Part shown: in pieces, positions 15,455-25,499 of the stretch
Numbering within the stretch: the stretch's first letter is position 1
Layout of the letters: each line of letters starts with the position of its first letter
IMG/VR virus record: IMGVR_UViG_3300002461_000717
Span: 1-37,704 of that record
Length of the DNA: 37,704 nt
Strand: one strand, 5' to 3'
Origin: a virus
Translations under genes and position numbers: made by a program
Notes under the pieces: model-generated
The model's database searches: none
Told to the model about the DNA's origin: nothing
Seen by the model: the letters and a program-made list of their open reading frames with translations, nothing else

Positions 15455-16533
15455 CAGCTTCTTTACCTTTTAATGTCACAGACATCATCAATAAAACTAG
15501 ACGTATCACAGCACGTCCTTCCCCATCTCAAATTAGTGATGCTGAAATAGTCAGATATGCAAATACCTATTACGTCTTTGATATGCCTGAAGAGTTGCGT
15601 ATGGAGTCATTGCGCGTTAACTATCAGTTTCTTACCAATGCCAACACTCCAGCATATGATCTACCAACTAATATCTATTTGGATGTGATGCCTCCAGTTT
15701 ATATTGCTGGTTACCAATCCTATATGACCCAAAGTAGGGAGAATTTCTTCAGAATAAATCCTGAATTGAACTTCCTTCAACAGCAATCTGCTACATATAC
15801 CGGAGGAGGAGCATATAATCCTCTAGGGCCTTTCCAAATTCAATGTACAGCAACTCCAATCCTCAGAGGATTCAAACCAAATCCTCCTGGCGCTTATTCC
15901 CTCACCACAACTGAAGTAAGCAAAATTAATTGGAATGTCTTGGTATCTGGTGTGGATACCGTAGGAAATAATCAAACCCTTGTTGATGACGGACAAGGTA
16001 ATCTCTACAGACTCTCAGATTTTACTAACAATATTATCACCTACCCTGTACGTGGTACCATTGACTATATAACTGGATTGGTGACCATTAATTCAGGAGG
16101 ATTTGTATTAGGAATTCCTGATTTATCCTCAATTACCATCCAGTATATTCCATATGTAGCTTCGCGTCCACAATCCTGTGTTTTCTTCCAAGATCAGATC
16201 CTTCTCTATCCCATCCCTGATCAGGCTTACACAGTCTCTTTTGAAGCTTATGCATATCCAATAGCCTTTGATGTGAATACAGGTTTCAACGTTCAAGTTC
16301 CTCAAGTCATTGAGTGGTGGCAGATGATAGCCGTAGGTGCTGCAATGAAGATTTTTGAGGATGCAGCTGATTTTGAAATGATGAACAAATATTTAGGCGT
16401 TCTTAAGAAATATGAATCTTATGCCTTAAGAAGAACCATAGTTCAGCAGACAAGTGAAAGAACAGCAACTATTTATACAGAACAAACCGCATTCCCAGCT
16501 TATCCGTTTGGGAACTTATTTTCAGGATTTTAG
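15451..16533 (+). CDS. Structural protein (360 aa; possible head-tail adaptor)
   Basis: GGAGGAGG Shine-Dalgarno and an ATGA overlap. The function is positional inference only. Confidence 0.55.
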   Translation: MTASLPFNVTDIINKTRRITARPSPSQISDAEIVRYANTYYVFDMPEELRMESLRVNYQFLTNANTPAYDLPTNIYLDVMPPVYIAGYQSYMTQSRENFFRINPELNFLQQQSATYTGGGAYNPLGPFQIQCTATPILRGFKPNPPGAYSLTTTEVSKINWNVLVSGVDTVGNNQTLVDDGQGNLYRLSDFTNNIITYPVRGTIDYITGLVTINSGGFVLGIPDLSSITIQYIPYVASRPQSCVFFQDQILLYPIPDQAYTVSFEAYAYPIAFDVNTGFNVQVPQVIEWWQMIAVGAAMKIFEDAADFEMMNKYLGVLKKYESYALRRTIVQQTSERTATIYTEQTAFPAYPFGNLFSGF

Positions 16534-16535
16534 GT

Positions 16536-17123
16536 ATGTCTTTTAACAGTAATATTCCTCAGGCTACAGATCTTATAAGTGTAAGTCAGCAAGATTTGCT
16601 CAATAACTTTACGTCAATGCAAAGCACCTATACCACGGACCATTATGGGTTTAATCCTCTCACAAATTTGGGCTATCACAAGCAAATTACTCTTGTAGAT
16701 GATGCTTTGGTAGTAAGATCAACAGCTGCTGGAAGACTCATTGAATACGCGGTTACCACTAACGCTCAAACATATCCCGCACTTCAAAGAGATGGTACCA
16801 CAACCGTTTATCAAGCACTTCCAATCAAAGCCTATGCATTATTTTTAACCAGTAATACTGGTAGTGCACCCGTTTCTTCATTCACTCTTCCCTATGCTAA
16901 TGTATCTGCAATCACACGCACAGGTGTTGGTACATATACTGTGACATTTGTGGATAATTTTCCAAACACGGCTTATGGAATTTTGAGCTCTTTCAATGCA
17001 TTTACTAGCATGATCATAACTGCTACTCCTTTAAGTACTAGCCAAATTCAAATCACTGTTAGGAGTCCCGCTGGAACGTTTAATGATATAAGTACCTTTA
17101 TCATGGTTGCCTGTCTTAATTAG
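16536..17123 (+). CDS. Possible tail tubular protein A-like (195 aa)
   Basis: Size and position ahead of the large tail protein resemble the T7 gp11/gp12 pair. No motif-level support. Confidence 0.4.
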   Translation: MSFNSNIPQATDLISVSQQDLLNNFTSMQSTYTTDHYGFNPLTNLGYHKQITLVDDALVVRSTAAGRLIEYAVTTNAQTYPALQRDGTTTVYQALPIKAYALFLTSNTGSAPVSSFTLPYANVSAITRTGVGTYTVTFVDNFPNTAYGILSSFNAFTSMIITATPLSTSQIQITVRSPAGTFNDISTFIMVACLN

Positions 17124-17130
17124 GAAAACA

Positions 17131-19665
17131 ATGACTGTAAGTTTACTCATCAAAAATCCGCGGAAAGGTCTAGAGAATGACATAGTTCCTGACCTATTGC
17201 CACAGGATGCATTTCCTACTCTTGAAGATGTATTCATGTTTAGAGGACGTGTAAGAAGACGTCGCGGTGCCAAAAGATTAGGACAAATAGTCAGCGGCGT
17301 TGTTGCAGAGGCTGTAGGAAGCGCCAATGGTGCAAACTTTGCAGGCACCTTAGCCCATACTCCTATTCAACCAGGCTCAGTTGTAATCACTGTGGGTGGT
17401 GTTACTTTTACTGATACAGGCAATGGAACATTCATGGGAGTTCCAGCGGGAAACACTGGAACAATCAATTATTTTACAGGAGCTATCTCACTTACGTTCG
17501 TTCCTCCCTTAGGAGGGGCTACGCCAGTAGTGGCCTCCTATTCTTTTTATAATTTCCTCCCAGTCATGGGATTAAGGACAAGAGAGCTAACAACAATCAA
17601 TGAAGAACAGCTCATTGGTTTTGATACTCTTAAAGCTAACGCATTTGTCTCAAGCGCTACTCCACCTCAATTTGTAGATATCTCATTCTATAAGACCACC
17701 AATCTAGCTTTCTCCTGGTCTGGTACTGATGCGCAATTCTTTTGGTCTACCAATTACCAGAACGCTTTCTTTGCTACAAACAACAACCCAGGTTTGCAGG
17801 TATTTGTAGTGACCAACGTTACAGCGGCTGCTAGCGCTGTGATTACCTTTACTGGAGGAGATGTATTTGTAAATGGTGACATCATCACTCTGACAAACGT
17901 TGTAGCAACAGCTGGAAGCACACTGAATGTGAATGGACTTACAGGAACAGTTACAGCGCATGCAGCTGGTACTGTTACCGTTACCATCAATACATCTGCT
18001 GGCTTTACGTATTCAAGTGGTGGATTGATTCATAGTTTAACGCGCACTCAAACAGGTGATGGAATTCGCTGGTATGATGGAACAGGTTGGGTGAATTTTC
18101 AACCGCCATTGAGCGCAACTACTACCGGTACAAATGTAAGTGTTTTGCAGACAGCGCTTATTCTTTTGCCTTACAAAGGTAGATTGCTTGCTCTAAATAC
18201 TCAAGAAGGAACTACCACAGGGCCTTCAACAAATTTTGCTCAAAGGGCACGCTATTCTGAAATTGGTACTGTGTATTATAACGCATTGACACCTCAAGGT
18301 TTTACAGGGGGATTTCAAGCGGATGCATGGAGAGATGACATTGTGGGAAGAGGAGGGTTTATTGATGCTCCTACCAGTGAACAAATTGTCTCAGCAGAAT
18401 TTATTAAAGACACAGTGGTTGTTTTTTTTGAGCGTTCAACTTATCAGCTCCGCTATACAGGGGACCCTACAATCCCCTTTATCTGGGAAAAAATCAATGC
18501 AGAGCTTGGAGCAGAGTCTACATTTAGCATTGTCCCTTTTGATAGGGGCATATATGGGGTAGGAAATTACGGTATTGTCACGTGTGACTCAGTAAATGTA
18601 GCAAGAATAGATCAGATCATTCCAGATGAAGTATTTAAAATTCACAACACTAACAATGGAGTGAGGCGGGTACATGGAATTAGAGACTACACAAAGCAGT
18701 TGGTTTATTGGACATTCCCTAATGATGTTGTCTTCACCAATAACGTCACCACCACCAAGTTTCCCACCCGGGTTCTCATTCTTAATTACCTTGATGGTTC
18801 TTATTCTTTCTTTAATGACTCGCTAACGTGTTTTGGTCAATTCCAAGCATTTAGGGATATCCGTTGGATAGATCTGCCAATACAATGGCAAAATTATCCG
18901 GAAAAATGGAATTCAGGAAGTTTGCAACAAGATTATCCTGTGATAGTTGCGGGCAATCAGCAAGGATATGTCTTCTTTTATAATCAGGATCAATCTGAAT
19001 CTCCTGTAAATGATCCTTCTCTTTCCATATCCGGTGCAACGCAAGCATCACCTGCACAAATCACAGCAGTTAATCACAATTTACAGGATGGTCAATTCAT
19101 CCAAATTACTGGTGTCAATGGCATGACTCAGTTGAATAGCAATGCCTTATCCCCTAATGGAATTTATCAGGTTTTAGCTGTCACGGGTATGAATACCTTC
19201 ACAATTTCTTATTATGATTCAGTATTGAATAACTTTTTCCCAGTAGATTCCACAGCATTTAGTGCCTACACAAATGGTGGAGAAATTGCTGTTCTCAATA
19301 ATTTTAATGTGATTAGCAAGCAATTTAGTCCCTTTGAAGATCAAGTACTTCAGGCGCGTTTGACCTACATGGATATTTTTGTGGATGCAGCAGCTAATGG
19401 GCAATTTAGTGTTAATTTCTATCTAAATCAAGATGATGACACCATTGTCACCACTGATGTCTCAGTTGCGCAAACGAATACGGGACAGCAAAGAATTTGG
19501 TTCAGAACTATCCCTAATGTCACAGCTGAATATATCCAATTCCAAATGACTCTTAGCAATGATCAATTGAATGATCCTCAATTCTTTGATTTTGACTTCA
19601 CGTTGCATGCAGTTATGATGAATTTCCAACCCGCATCTCGCTTCATGTTTGGAGTGCAATTATGA
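17131..19665 (+). CDS. Large tail protein, possibly tubular B/nozzle-like (track start 17107 is TTG)
   Basis: 844 aa from the ATG at 17131, with an AGGAAA Shine-Dalgarno. The N-terminal LLPQDAFPTLEDVFMFRGRVRRRRG resembles podovirus tail tubular B N-termini by eye. Confidence 0.5.
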   Translation: MTVSLLIKNPRKGLENDIVPDLLPQDAFPTLEDVFMFRGRVRRRRGAKRLGQIVSGVVAEAVGSANGANFAGTLAHTPIQPGSVVITVGGVTFTDTGNGTFMGVPAGNTGTINYFTGAISLTFVPPLGGATPVVASYSFYNFLPVMGLRTRELTTINEEQLIGFDTLKANAFVSSATPPQFVDISFYKTTNLAFSWSGTDAQFFWSTNYQNAFFATNNNPGLQVFVVTNVTAAASAVITFTGGDVFVNGDIITLTNVVATAGSTLNVNGLTGTVTAHAAGTVTVTINTSAGFTYSSGGLIHSLTRTQTGDGIRWYDGTGWVNFQPPLSATTTGTNVSVLQTALILLPYKGRLLALNTQEGTTTGPSTNFAQRARYSEIGTVYYNALTPQGFTGGFQADAWRDDIVGRGGFIDAPTSEQIVSAEFIKDTVVVFFERSTYQLRYTGDPTIPFIWEKINAELGAESTFSIVPFDRGIYGVGNYGIVTCDSVNVARIDQIIPDEVFKIHNTNNGVRRVHGIRDYTKQLVYWTFPNDVVFTNNVTTTKFPTRVLILNYLDGSYSFFNDSLTCFGQFQAFRDIRWIDLPIQWQNYPEKWNSGSLQQDYPVIVAGNQQGYVFFYNQDQSESPVNDPSLSISGATQASPAQITAVNHNLQDGQFIQITGVNGMTQLNSNALSPNGIYQVLAVTGMNTFTISYYDSVLNNFFPVDSTAFSAYTNGGEIAVLNNFNVISKQFSPFEDQVLQARLTYMDIFVDAAANGQFSVNFYLNQDDDTIVTTDVSVAQTNTGQQRIWFRTIPNVTAEYIQFQMTLSNDQLNDPQFFDFDFTLHAVMMNFQPASRFMFGVQL

Positions 19666-20156
19666 CCGTCAGTCAGCCAGTCAATAATCAATCCAGTTTT
19701 CTTCCTACTACAACGGTTCTGCCAGAAGATCCAAAAGAATTGCTTATTGTACTGACTAAAAACTTCAAAGATATTGCTAACTTCATTAATATCAGGGAAA
19801 TAGCAATCTATGAAACCATTGAAATTCTGACAGGTGAACAGTGGACAAATCCAGGTCAACCTACAAATAGACGTCAAACATTTAGGAAAATTTACTATTT
19901 TGGAACCATTGCTCCTGGAGCTAATTTGGCTATTCCCACCGGAATCACATCCGTGACATCTTATACTCACATTTATGGCACTGTGAATACAAATGTGCCA
20001 GATGCACGCTCCATTCCGTTTGCTGATGTGACTGCTGTGACAAATCAAATATCAGTGATTATAGATAATGTGGCCGCTACAGCCACAATCTTTAATGGCG
20101 CAACAGCTCCTACAATTACCAACGGAATTCTTGTTTTAGAGTATCTCAAATCCTAA
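19662..20156 (+). CDS. Tail-module protein (164 aa)
   Basis: ATGA overlap with the preceding gene. Confidence 0.6.
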   Translation: MTVSQPVNNQSSFLPTTTVLPEDPKELLIVLTKNFKDIANFINIREIAIYETIEILTGEQWTNPGQPTNRRQTFRKIYYFGTIAPGANLAIPTGITSVTSYTHIYGTVNTNVPDARSIPFADVTAVTNQISVIIDNVAATATIFNGATAPTITNGILVLEYLKS

Positions 20157-20471
20157 GTCAAACCGCGCATTTCCATCCTTATCTTGTACGGGACAGCAAA
20201 GCAATTCATGACTTTCATCACCAAATTTTCTGCATACATCTGGCCTATCTTCATAAATTGCACAGGATAAATCTTTCTGCAAAAATGGACAGAAAAGATC
20301 TTCCGTTATAGGAATCAATACATCTCCTTCTTTGGATGTTCCATGCATTTCCTGGATGACTTTTCTTTGGATAAGATCTGACTTTTCTTTCCATAAGCTC
20401 AATTTTATAGGCACTACGCCACAACATCTTGCTTTGCACTGTCCGTGGAATTTCTTACATTCAAATGGCAT
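20136..20471 (-). CDS. YkgJ/UPF0153-like Cys-rich Zn/Fe-chelating domain protein
   Basis: CKARCCG near the N-terminus and CPFL...CAIYEDRPDVCRKF fit the CxxCxxCC-family pattern. Confidence 0.7.
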   Translation of the reverse strand: MPFECKKFHGQCKARCCGVVPIKLSLWKEKSDLIQRKVIQEMHGTSKEGDVLIPITEDLFCPFLQKDLSCAIYEDRPDVCRKFGDESHELLCCPVQDKDGNARFDLGFEIL

Positions 20472-20498
20472 GCGTCTATGCTACCTGGGGATAAATAT

Positions 20499-20527
20499 TT
20501 GAACTATTAAAATATTTACTCTACAAT
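20499..20527 (+). promoter_or_regulatory. Near-consensus sigma70-like promoter
   Basis: TTGAAC (20499-20504), 17 nt spacer, TACAAT (20522-20527). The -10 element overlaps the track ATG at 20526, so the ATG at 20547 is the likelier start. Confidence 0.5.
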
Positions 20528-20546
20528 GAAGAAAAAAGGTGATCTT

Positions 20547-21065
20547 ATGGCTTCATGGTTAATTCCTCTCATTTTAGGTGGAGCGAGTATTTTTGCAAAC
20601 AAACAGGGTAATAAAAAACCCCAAACTACTCAGTATCCTACCATGTCTCCTGAGCAGCAGGCATTTCAAAATAAAATCTTAGAGATGCTTGGTGGCCAAT
20701 TAGGTGAGGGAGGAGATGAAGAATTTAATGCATTTGCTGCACCATATAAACGTCAGTTTGAAGAGCAAACAATACCTGGAATTTCAGAAAGATTTGCTGG
20801 ATTAGGAGGGTTAAGTAGCTCAGGCTTCACGCAATCATTAGGGCAGGCAGGTGCAGGATTAAATGAAAAATTAGCTGCGCTCCAGCAAGGTTTAAAATCT
20901 GAAAGATTCAATAGGCTGCTTCCTTTTGCATTCCAAAAAAACTTCCATACGGATGTAGAAAAAGGTGGACAGAATTGGCTTGCAGAGCTTTTAGGGCCAA
21001 TTTTGCAAGGATATGGAAGTGGTTTAGGCGGCAATCTAGCTAACATGGGATTTGGAGGCAAATGA
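20547..21065 (+). CDS. Putative internal virion/ejection protein with N-terminal TM segment (track start 20526)
   Basis: MASWLIPLILGGASIFA is a TM segment. AAGGTG Shine-Dalgarno. Gly-rich C-terminus. Confidence 0.55.
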   Translation: MASWLIPLILGGASIFANKQGNKKPQTTQYPTMSPEQQAFQNKILEMLGGQLGEGGDEEFNAFAAPYKRQFEEQTIPGISERFAGLGGLSSSGFTQSLGQAGAGLNEKLAALQQGLKSERFNRLLPFAFQKNFHTDVEKGGQNWLAELLGPILQGYGSGLGGNLANMGFGGK

Positions 21066-22153
21066 GTATTTCATTCAGTCAAAGAGAACCTTCACCCCTT
21101 GAGTTTCTTTCTAGATCATTAGGTCAAGGAATTGGCGGTGGTATATCTGAGCATTTACAATATGCCCGCCAACACAAAGAAGAAGAGAGACAAAAAGAAA
21201 TTCAAGCACAAGAGATTAGCTCTCTTCAAGACCGCTTAAAGCAATTAGGGCCAGACGCTACAGACTTAGATAAATTTGCTGCAATTGCTGCGTCTCCTGC
21301 AAGTGAAAAGACAAAAGCTTCTCTTCAAGAAGCACTACGTTTTGAAGGTGCAAAGAATTTTGCTAAGAAAGTGCGTGAAAATGAATCTGAATTATCAATC
21401 GCTGATATCCTTGAAGGTCAAGCGCTTGGGTTTATCCCTCCGGGATCTGGACAAGAATTACTGCGCACAATTGGTGGTACAAGAGAAAGAGAAGGCGCTG
21501 CTAAAATATATACTCCCGCATTTCAGGAAACCAACAAAGCTGGTAAGGCTGCTAGAGAAGGTATTGCGTCTGTACGTAGACAAAAAGAACTGCTAAAAAG
21601 CAAAAAGAATTGGGGTCCTTTAGATTGGGACAATTTGATTTCTAAATTTGGAATTCCAGGTGCTGCTTCTCCAGAAGCTCAAGAATTTCAAGCAGCTACA
21701 TTAGGATATTTAACAGGTGAAAAATCCCGTTTTGGCGTTAGGCTTACTGATGCTGACTTGAAATTGATCCAAAATAAACTTCCTGATCTTGCACGTACTA
21801 GAGAAGGAAATGAAGCAATTCTGAATTTGAAAGAGAGTGAATATGAATTTAAAACTCTTGAATCACAAGCTCAGCAAAATGTTCTAAAAAAAAACAAAGG
21901 TTTCACCTATGACTTTCAAGAAGAAGCTGACAAAGAGTTGGAAAACCTTTTGTCTCACCACCCTGATATACAGAGAAAATATACGCAAAGCGCTGAAACA
22001 ATCAAAAGATTAGCAGAAGAATCTCCAGAGCAAAAATCAGGAGATTTTGAATTCCAAACTCTTCCTCCAGCCTCCAAACATTCTGGTGAATATTTTGAGG
22101 ATGAAAAAGGTCAGATCTATAAAAGCAATGGCAAATCCTGGAAGAAACAATAA
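21062..22153 (+). CDS. Putative internal virion protein (363 aa, charged/coiled)
   Basis: ATGA overlap. Position after the tail genes. No catalytic motif seen. Confidence 0.5.
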   Translation: MSISFSQREPSPLEFLSRSLGQGIGGGISEHLQYARQHKEEERQKEIQAQEISSLQDRLKQLGPDATDLDKFAAIAASPASEKTKASLQEALRFEGAKNFAKKVRENESELSIADILEGQALGFIPPGSGQELLRTIGGTREREGAAKIYTPAFQETNKAGKAAREGIASVRRQKELLKSKKNWGPLDWDNLISKFGIPGAASPEAQEFQAATLGYLTGEKSRFGVRLTDADLKLIQNKLPDLARTREGNEAILNLKESEYEFKTLESQAQQNVLKKNKGFTYDFQEEADKELENLLSHHPDIQRKYTQSAETIKRLAEESPEQKSGDFEFQTLPPASKHSGEYFEDEKGQIYKSNGKSWKKQ

Positions 22154-23574
22154 TGCCATATAGAAGAATTGAAGCTCCCGTTGAAGAACAAGAAGAAGAA
22201 CCTGAAAAAAAGGCATTCCGTAGAATAGAAAAGCCTAAAGCAGGTGCTCTTAAACGTACTGCTGTCAATGTACCAAAAGAATTTGCGGCTGAAGCTGTTG
22301 GCCAAATCCCTCAATTAGCAGAATTAGCAACCGCTACCACTCCTTTTGTTGAAGAAAGAGAACAGCAAGCCAGGCATCCATTTCTTCCGGATATAGAATC
22401 TTTAGAAGGCTCTGGAGAAAAAGGATTGAGAAATTTACTCAATATGCTTGGTCAACAAGATTTGGTGCAAAAGCTCACTCCAGAATCATTGCGTGAAAGA
22501 TTCAGAGAAAAGACAGAAGGCGAGTTTGAACCCCAATCTAAGACAGAAAAAGTTTTAGGAAGAGGTGGTGCATTAGGTGGTCAGCTAGCTGGATTAGGCG
22601 GTGGTCTGCGTTCTATTCTAATGGGAGCTCTAGGAGGTCTTGCAGGACAGACAGGAAGAGAGTATGGACTTAATGAACCTTTAGCTACAGCTCTTGAAAT
22701 TGGAACCAGCATAGGAGGAGAAGCAGCTAGACCAGAACTGCTTGCCAAAGCTGGTGAAAAGAAGTTAGTGCAACATGCTAGAAAAGGTGGACTAACTGAA
22801 AAGCAAATTACTCCTCTGTTAAAATCCCCAAAAGCTCAAGAAAAACTAGGTCAACATGCGCTTAAAACTACAGAGCTAAAAAAATCTATCAAAGATATTG
22901 GAAAGAAATTTGATCAAAATTTCTATGAACCTCTCAAAGTAAATGCTAGCAAGCTTCCAAAACTGAATGAAGCTCAAACCGCTGAGTTCTTTGATTCACT
23001 TGTCCCTATTCAGAAAGAACTTGCCCACTCTAAATTACCAACCGTAGATAAGGAATATGCTAAAGATCAACTTGTTAAATTGGCTGAGAAAGTTGCTGAA
23101 GAAGGTCTGTCCCCAAGAGACATCATTGACACGTGGCAAGACATCAACAAAAACATCCAGTGGAAAAAAGCGGGCTCCAAGCCGTATGCCGCAGTCAAAG
23201 ACGCACTTGCGAAAACCTTTGAAAAAGTCAGTCCGGAACTCGCGGAAGACTTCCAGCTAACTAATAAGCTCTACTCTAAATTCAAACCTCTTGAAAGAGC
23301 TTTAGAACCTAAAGGTTTAGATAATATTTTAAATCTTGGTCATGAAGGAGAAGTAGCGGTTGCTCTTGCTTTCCATAATCCATCACTTATTAAGGCTGCA
23401 TTTGGTCACTTAGGAGCAAAATATATTGCAAACCAACTACTTACAAATCCAAGATACCATAACTTTAGTCAGAAGATGCTTAATGCGATCTACAAGCAAG
23501 ATAAGCAAGCTATTTCACGCCTATCCAAACAATTTCAGCAAATGGTTGATAAGGATATGGAAAAACAGAAATGA
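22153..23574 (+). CDS. Putative internal virion protein (473 aa) with glycine-zipper segment
   Basis: TAATG overlap. Contains GGALGGQLAGLGGGLRSILMGALGGLAGQTG. Confidence 0.5.
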   Translation: MPYRRIEAPVEEQEEEPEKKAFRRIEKPKAGALKRTAVNVPKEFAAEAVGQIPQLAELATATTPFVEEREQQARHPFLPDIESLEGSGEKGLRNLLNMLGQQDLVQKLTPESLRERFREKTEGEFEPQSKTEKVLGRGGALGGQLAGLGGGLRSILMGALGGLAGQTGREYGLNEPLATALEIGTSIGGEAARPELLAKAGEKKLVQHARKGGLTEKQITPLLKSPKAQEKLGQHALKTTELKKSIKDIGKKFDQNFYEPLKVNASKLPKLNEAQTAEFFDSLVPIQKELAHSKLPTVDKEYAKDQLVKLAEKVAEEGLSPRDIIDTWQDINKNIQWKKAGSKPYAAVKDALAKTFEKVSPELAEDFQLTNKLYSKFKPLERALEPKGLDNILNLGHEGEVAVALAFHNPSLIKAAFGHLGAKYIANQLLTNPRYHNFSQKMLNAIYKQDKQAISRLSKQFQQMVDKDMEKQK

Positions 23575-23627
23575 TTATCTACAAGCAGCTATAACGGCAA
23601 TAGCGGTAAAAAATAAGAATACAATCA

Positions 23628-23846
23628 TTATTTATTCCTCTCTATTTCTAAAAGTCTGTGATGGAAATCTTTCATTTCATTTTCTATAGCTCTCACTAAA
23701 TTTAAGATGTCTTTCCTATCTTCTTTTGCTTCAGCACGCAATGTATTTGATTCTGTACGTACCCAAAACATCATTGAAATGACTACACCAATCATTGCAA
23801 TTCCAGTTCCTACTACAGCAATGATGATTCCTATGTCTTGTATCAT
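23628..23846 (-). CDS. Small membrane protein (72 aa; holin-like topology is speculative)
   Basis: N-terminal TM segment IGIIIAVVGTGIAMIGVVISMMFWV followed by a charged helix. Confidence 0.55.
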   Translation of the reverse strand: MIQDIGIIIAVVGTGIAMIGVVISMMFWVRTESNTLRAEAKEDRKDILNLVRAIENEMKDFHHRLLEIERNK

Positions 23847-23938
23847 TAACTAACTCCTTTAGATTCAATATTAAGCATCTTCAATATTTTTGCGCTACTA
23901 TAAAAAAATTCATATATATACATGATACAAATATTTTT

Positions 23939-23967
23939 TTGACAAGTTTACCTTTCCGCACTAGCAT
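23939..23967 (+). promoter_or_regulatory. Promoter candidate for the tailspike operon
   Basis: TTGACA (23939-23944), 17 nt spacer, TAGCAT (23962-23967). Confidence 0.4.
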
Positions 23968-23996
23968 AACTTATAAAAATAATTTGAGAGATAACC

Positions 23997-25484
23997 ATGG
24001 CTCCTAAGCAACAAAATGTTACCAATTATAGCACTCCACAAGGCCTTTCCATACCAAACCCAAAAACTATCATAGCTAATAGAAATCCTGCTACAACAGA
24101 CAGAGGGTATCAATTAGGAACTTTGTGGGTAAATAAATCTGCTAGTTCTTCGTATCAACTAGTAAGTGTTAGCGCAGGAAGTGCTACCTGGAGCGCTCTT
24201 GGAGGAGGAGCTACACAAATCTCTACTTTAACTGGAAATAGTGGTGGAGCTATTTCTCCTGTTGCAGGAAATATTAATCTTTCTGGAGGTGCCTTAAACA
24301 CATTTGTTGGTTCAGGAAACACGCTTACACTCACTCCTAAAGCAAGCGCCTATCCTATTACTCCATTTGTAGTAGGACCTGTTGGACAAGCAGGTTATCA
24401 AACTATTCAATCTGCTCTTACTGCTGCCAATGCAGCTGGTGGTGGAATGGTTTATGTTCAACCAGGTACTTATACAGAAAATTTGACTTTCACTGGTAAT
24501 ATCACATTGATAGGTTCATCGGAACAAGATGTGTTTATTATTGGTACTCACGTACCTCCTACAACAGGATTCTTAAATTTATTCCGTTGTACTTTCCAAG
24601 GAGCGGCTGCAATTTTTAGTTCAGCTGCGGCAGGTACAGCAGCAATAATAATGGAAGATTGTTCAGTTAATGTCACAAATGGTTGGGCATTTGATCTACT
24701 AAACTGGGCCTCACCCGGTTCTGTAGCTGTTGATGATATTGGACCATTTGGAACAACAGATGGTTTCTTTAGAAATACTGGTGGTGCTGGATTTTTTGCA
24801 TTTAGCGCTGGGATAGGTAATGGAACCACAAATGCACTAACTGTTTCTGGCTTAACAGTGATTTTTGGTGCAGATATTACGTGCCCACTCACTCTGCAAA
24901 CAGGAGCAATTCTAGCATTTGATAATGGATTCTGCGCTGGTGCAATTACATTTTCCAATAACTCAACAGGAGCTATTAATAACTGTAGATTAACAGGCGG
25001 AGCTAGTGCAGCAGTCACTATGTCTTCTTCAGCAAGTGTTAGTATCCTCAACTCAGTAATAAGTTCCTCAAATAATCCTGCGATTGCTGGAGCTGGAGCT
25101 GGAACGCTTACGCTAGGCGGTAATACTTATCCCCTAAATGCTCTTCATGCTGCAACTCTTACGGTCGCTTATGCTTCAAGAGAAGGTGTTTTAGCTACAA
25201 AAAATACGGCTGGAGCATCCCCACAAATTGTTAACGCTCGTTCAGGTCAAGTAGCATTTACTGATACAATAGCTAACGGCGCTTATGGAACTCTTACATT
25301 GACCAATAGTACGATTTTGGCAACGTCAGTGATTGTAGCTTCAGTTTCATGTACCACTGTTAACTCAGCATGTCAAATTGTAGAAACCACTCCTGGAGCT
25401 GGAAGCGTTGCTTTTAGAATATTTAACGCTGGTGCGGCAACTACAGCGGCAAACATTCTAGTAAATTTCTGGGTTATTAACTAA
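23997..25484 (+). CDS. Tailspike 1, right-handed beta-helix (pectate-lyase-like) type
   Basis: YQTIQSALTAANAAGGGMVYVQPGTYTENLTF is a typical beta-helix N-cap. Also SSNNPAIAGAGAGTLT, and Gly/Ser/Thr/Asn-rich repeats. Confidence 0.75.
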   Translation: MAPKQQNVTNYSTPQGLSIPNPKTIIANRNPATTDRGYQLGTLWVNKSASSSYQLVSVSAGSATWSALGGGATQISTLTGNSGGAISPVAGNINLSGGALNTFVGSGNTLTLTPKASAYPITPFVVGPVGQAGYQTIQSALTAANAAGGGMVYVQPGTYTENLTFTGNITLIGSSEQDVFIIGTHVPPTTGFLNLFRCTFQGAAAIFSSAAAGTAAIIMEDCSVNVTNGWAFDLLNWASPGSVAVDDIGPFGTTDGFFRNTGGAGFFAFSAGIGNGTTNALTVSGLTVIFGADITCPLTLQTGAILAFDNGFCAGAITFSNNSTGAINNCRLTGGASAAVTMSSSASVSILNSVISSSNNPAIAGAGAGTLTLGGNTYPLNALHAATLTVAYASREGVLATKNTAGASPQIVNARSGQVAFTDTIANGAYGTLTLTNSTILATSVIVASVSCTTVNSACQIVETTPGAGSVAFRIFNAGAATTAANILVNFWVIN

Positions 25485-25499
25485 ATGGAGATTCTTTAA

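Noticed and set aside
17704-20048. Minus-strand ORFs 17704-17961, 17754-17990, 18851-19057, 19219-19404, 19462-19659 and 19578-20048
   Set aside because: All are antisense to the long, well-supported tail genes, with Cys/Ser-rich shadow-frame composition and no ribosome-binding sites.
20753-21061. 102-aa minus-strand ORF, and the internal plus-frame ORFs 21276-21596, 23057-23260 and 23426-23689
   Set aside because: They lie within or overlap better-supported plus-strand genes that are linked by ATGA/TAATG coupling. They have no independent start signals.
15221-21894. Homopolymer runs inside structural genes (T8 at 15221-15228, T8 at 18422-18429, A9 at 21886-21894), considered as programmed frameshift or phase-variation sites
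   Set aside because: The annotated frames read through them without interruption, and I see no extended alternative-frame ORF downstream of any of them. They could still be sequencing-error hotspots.
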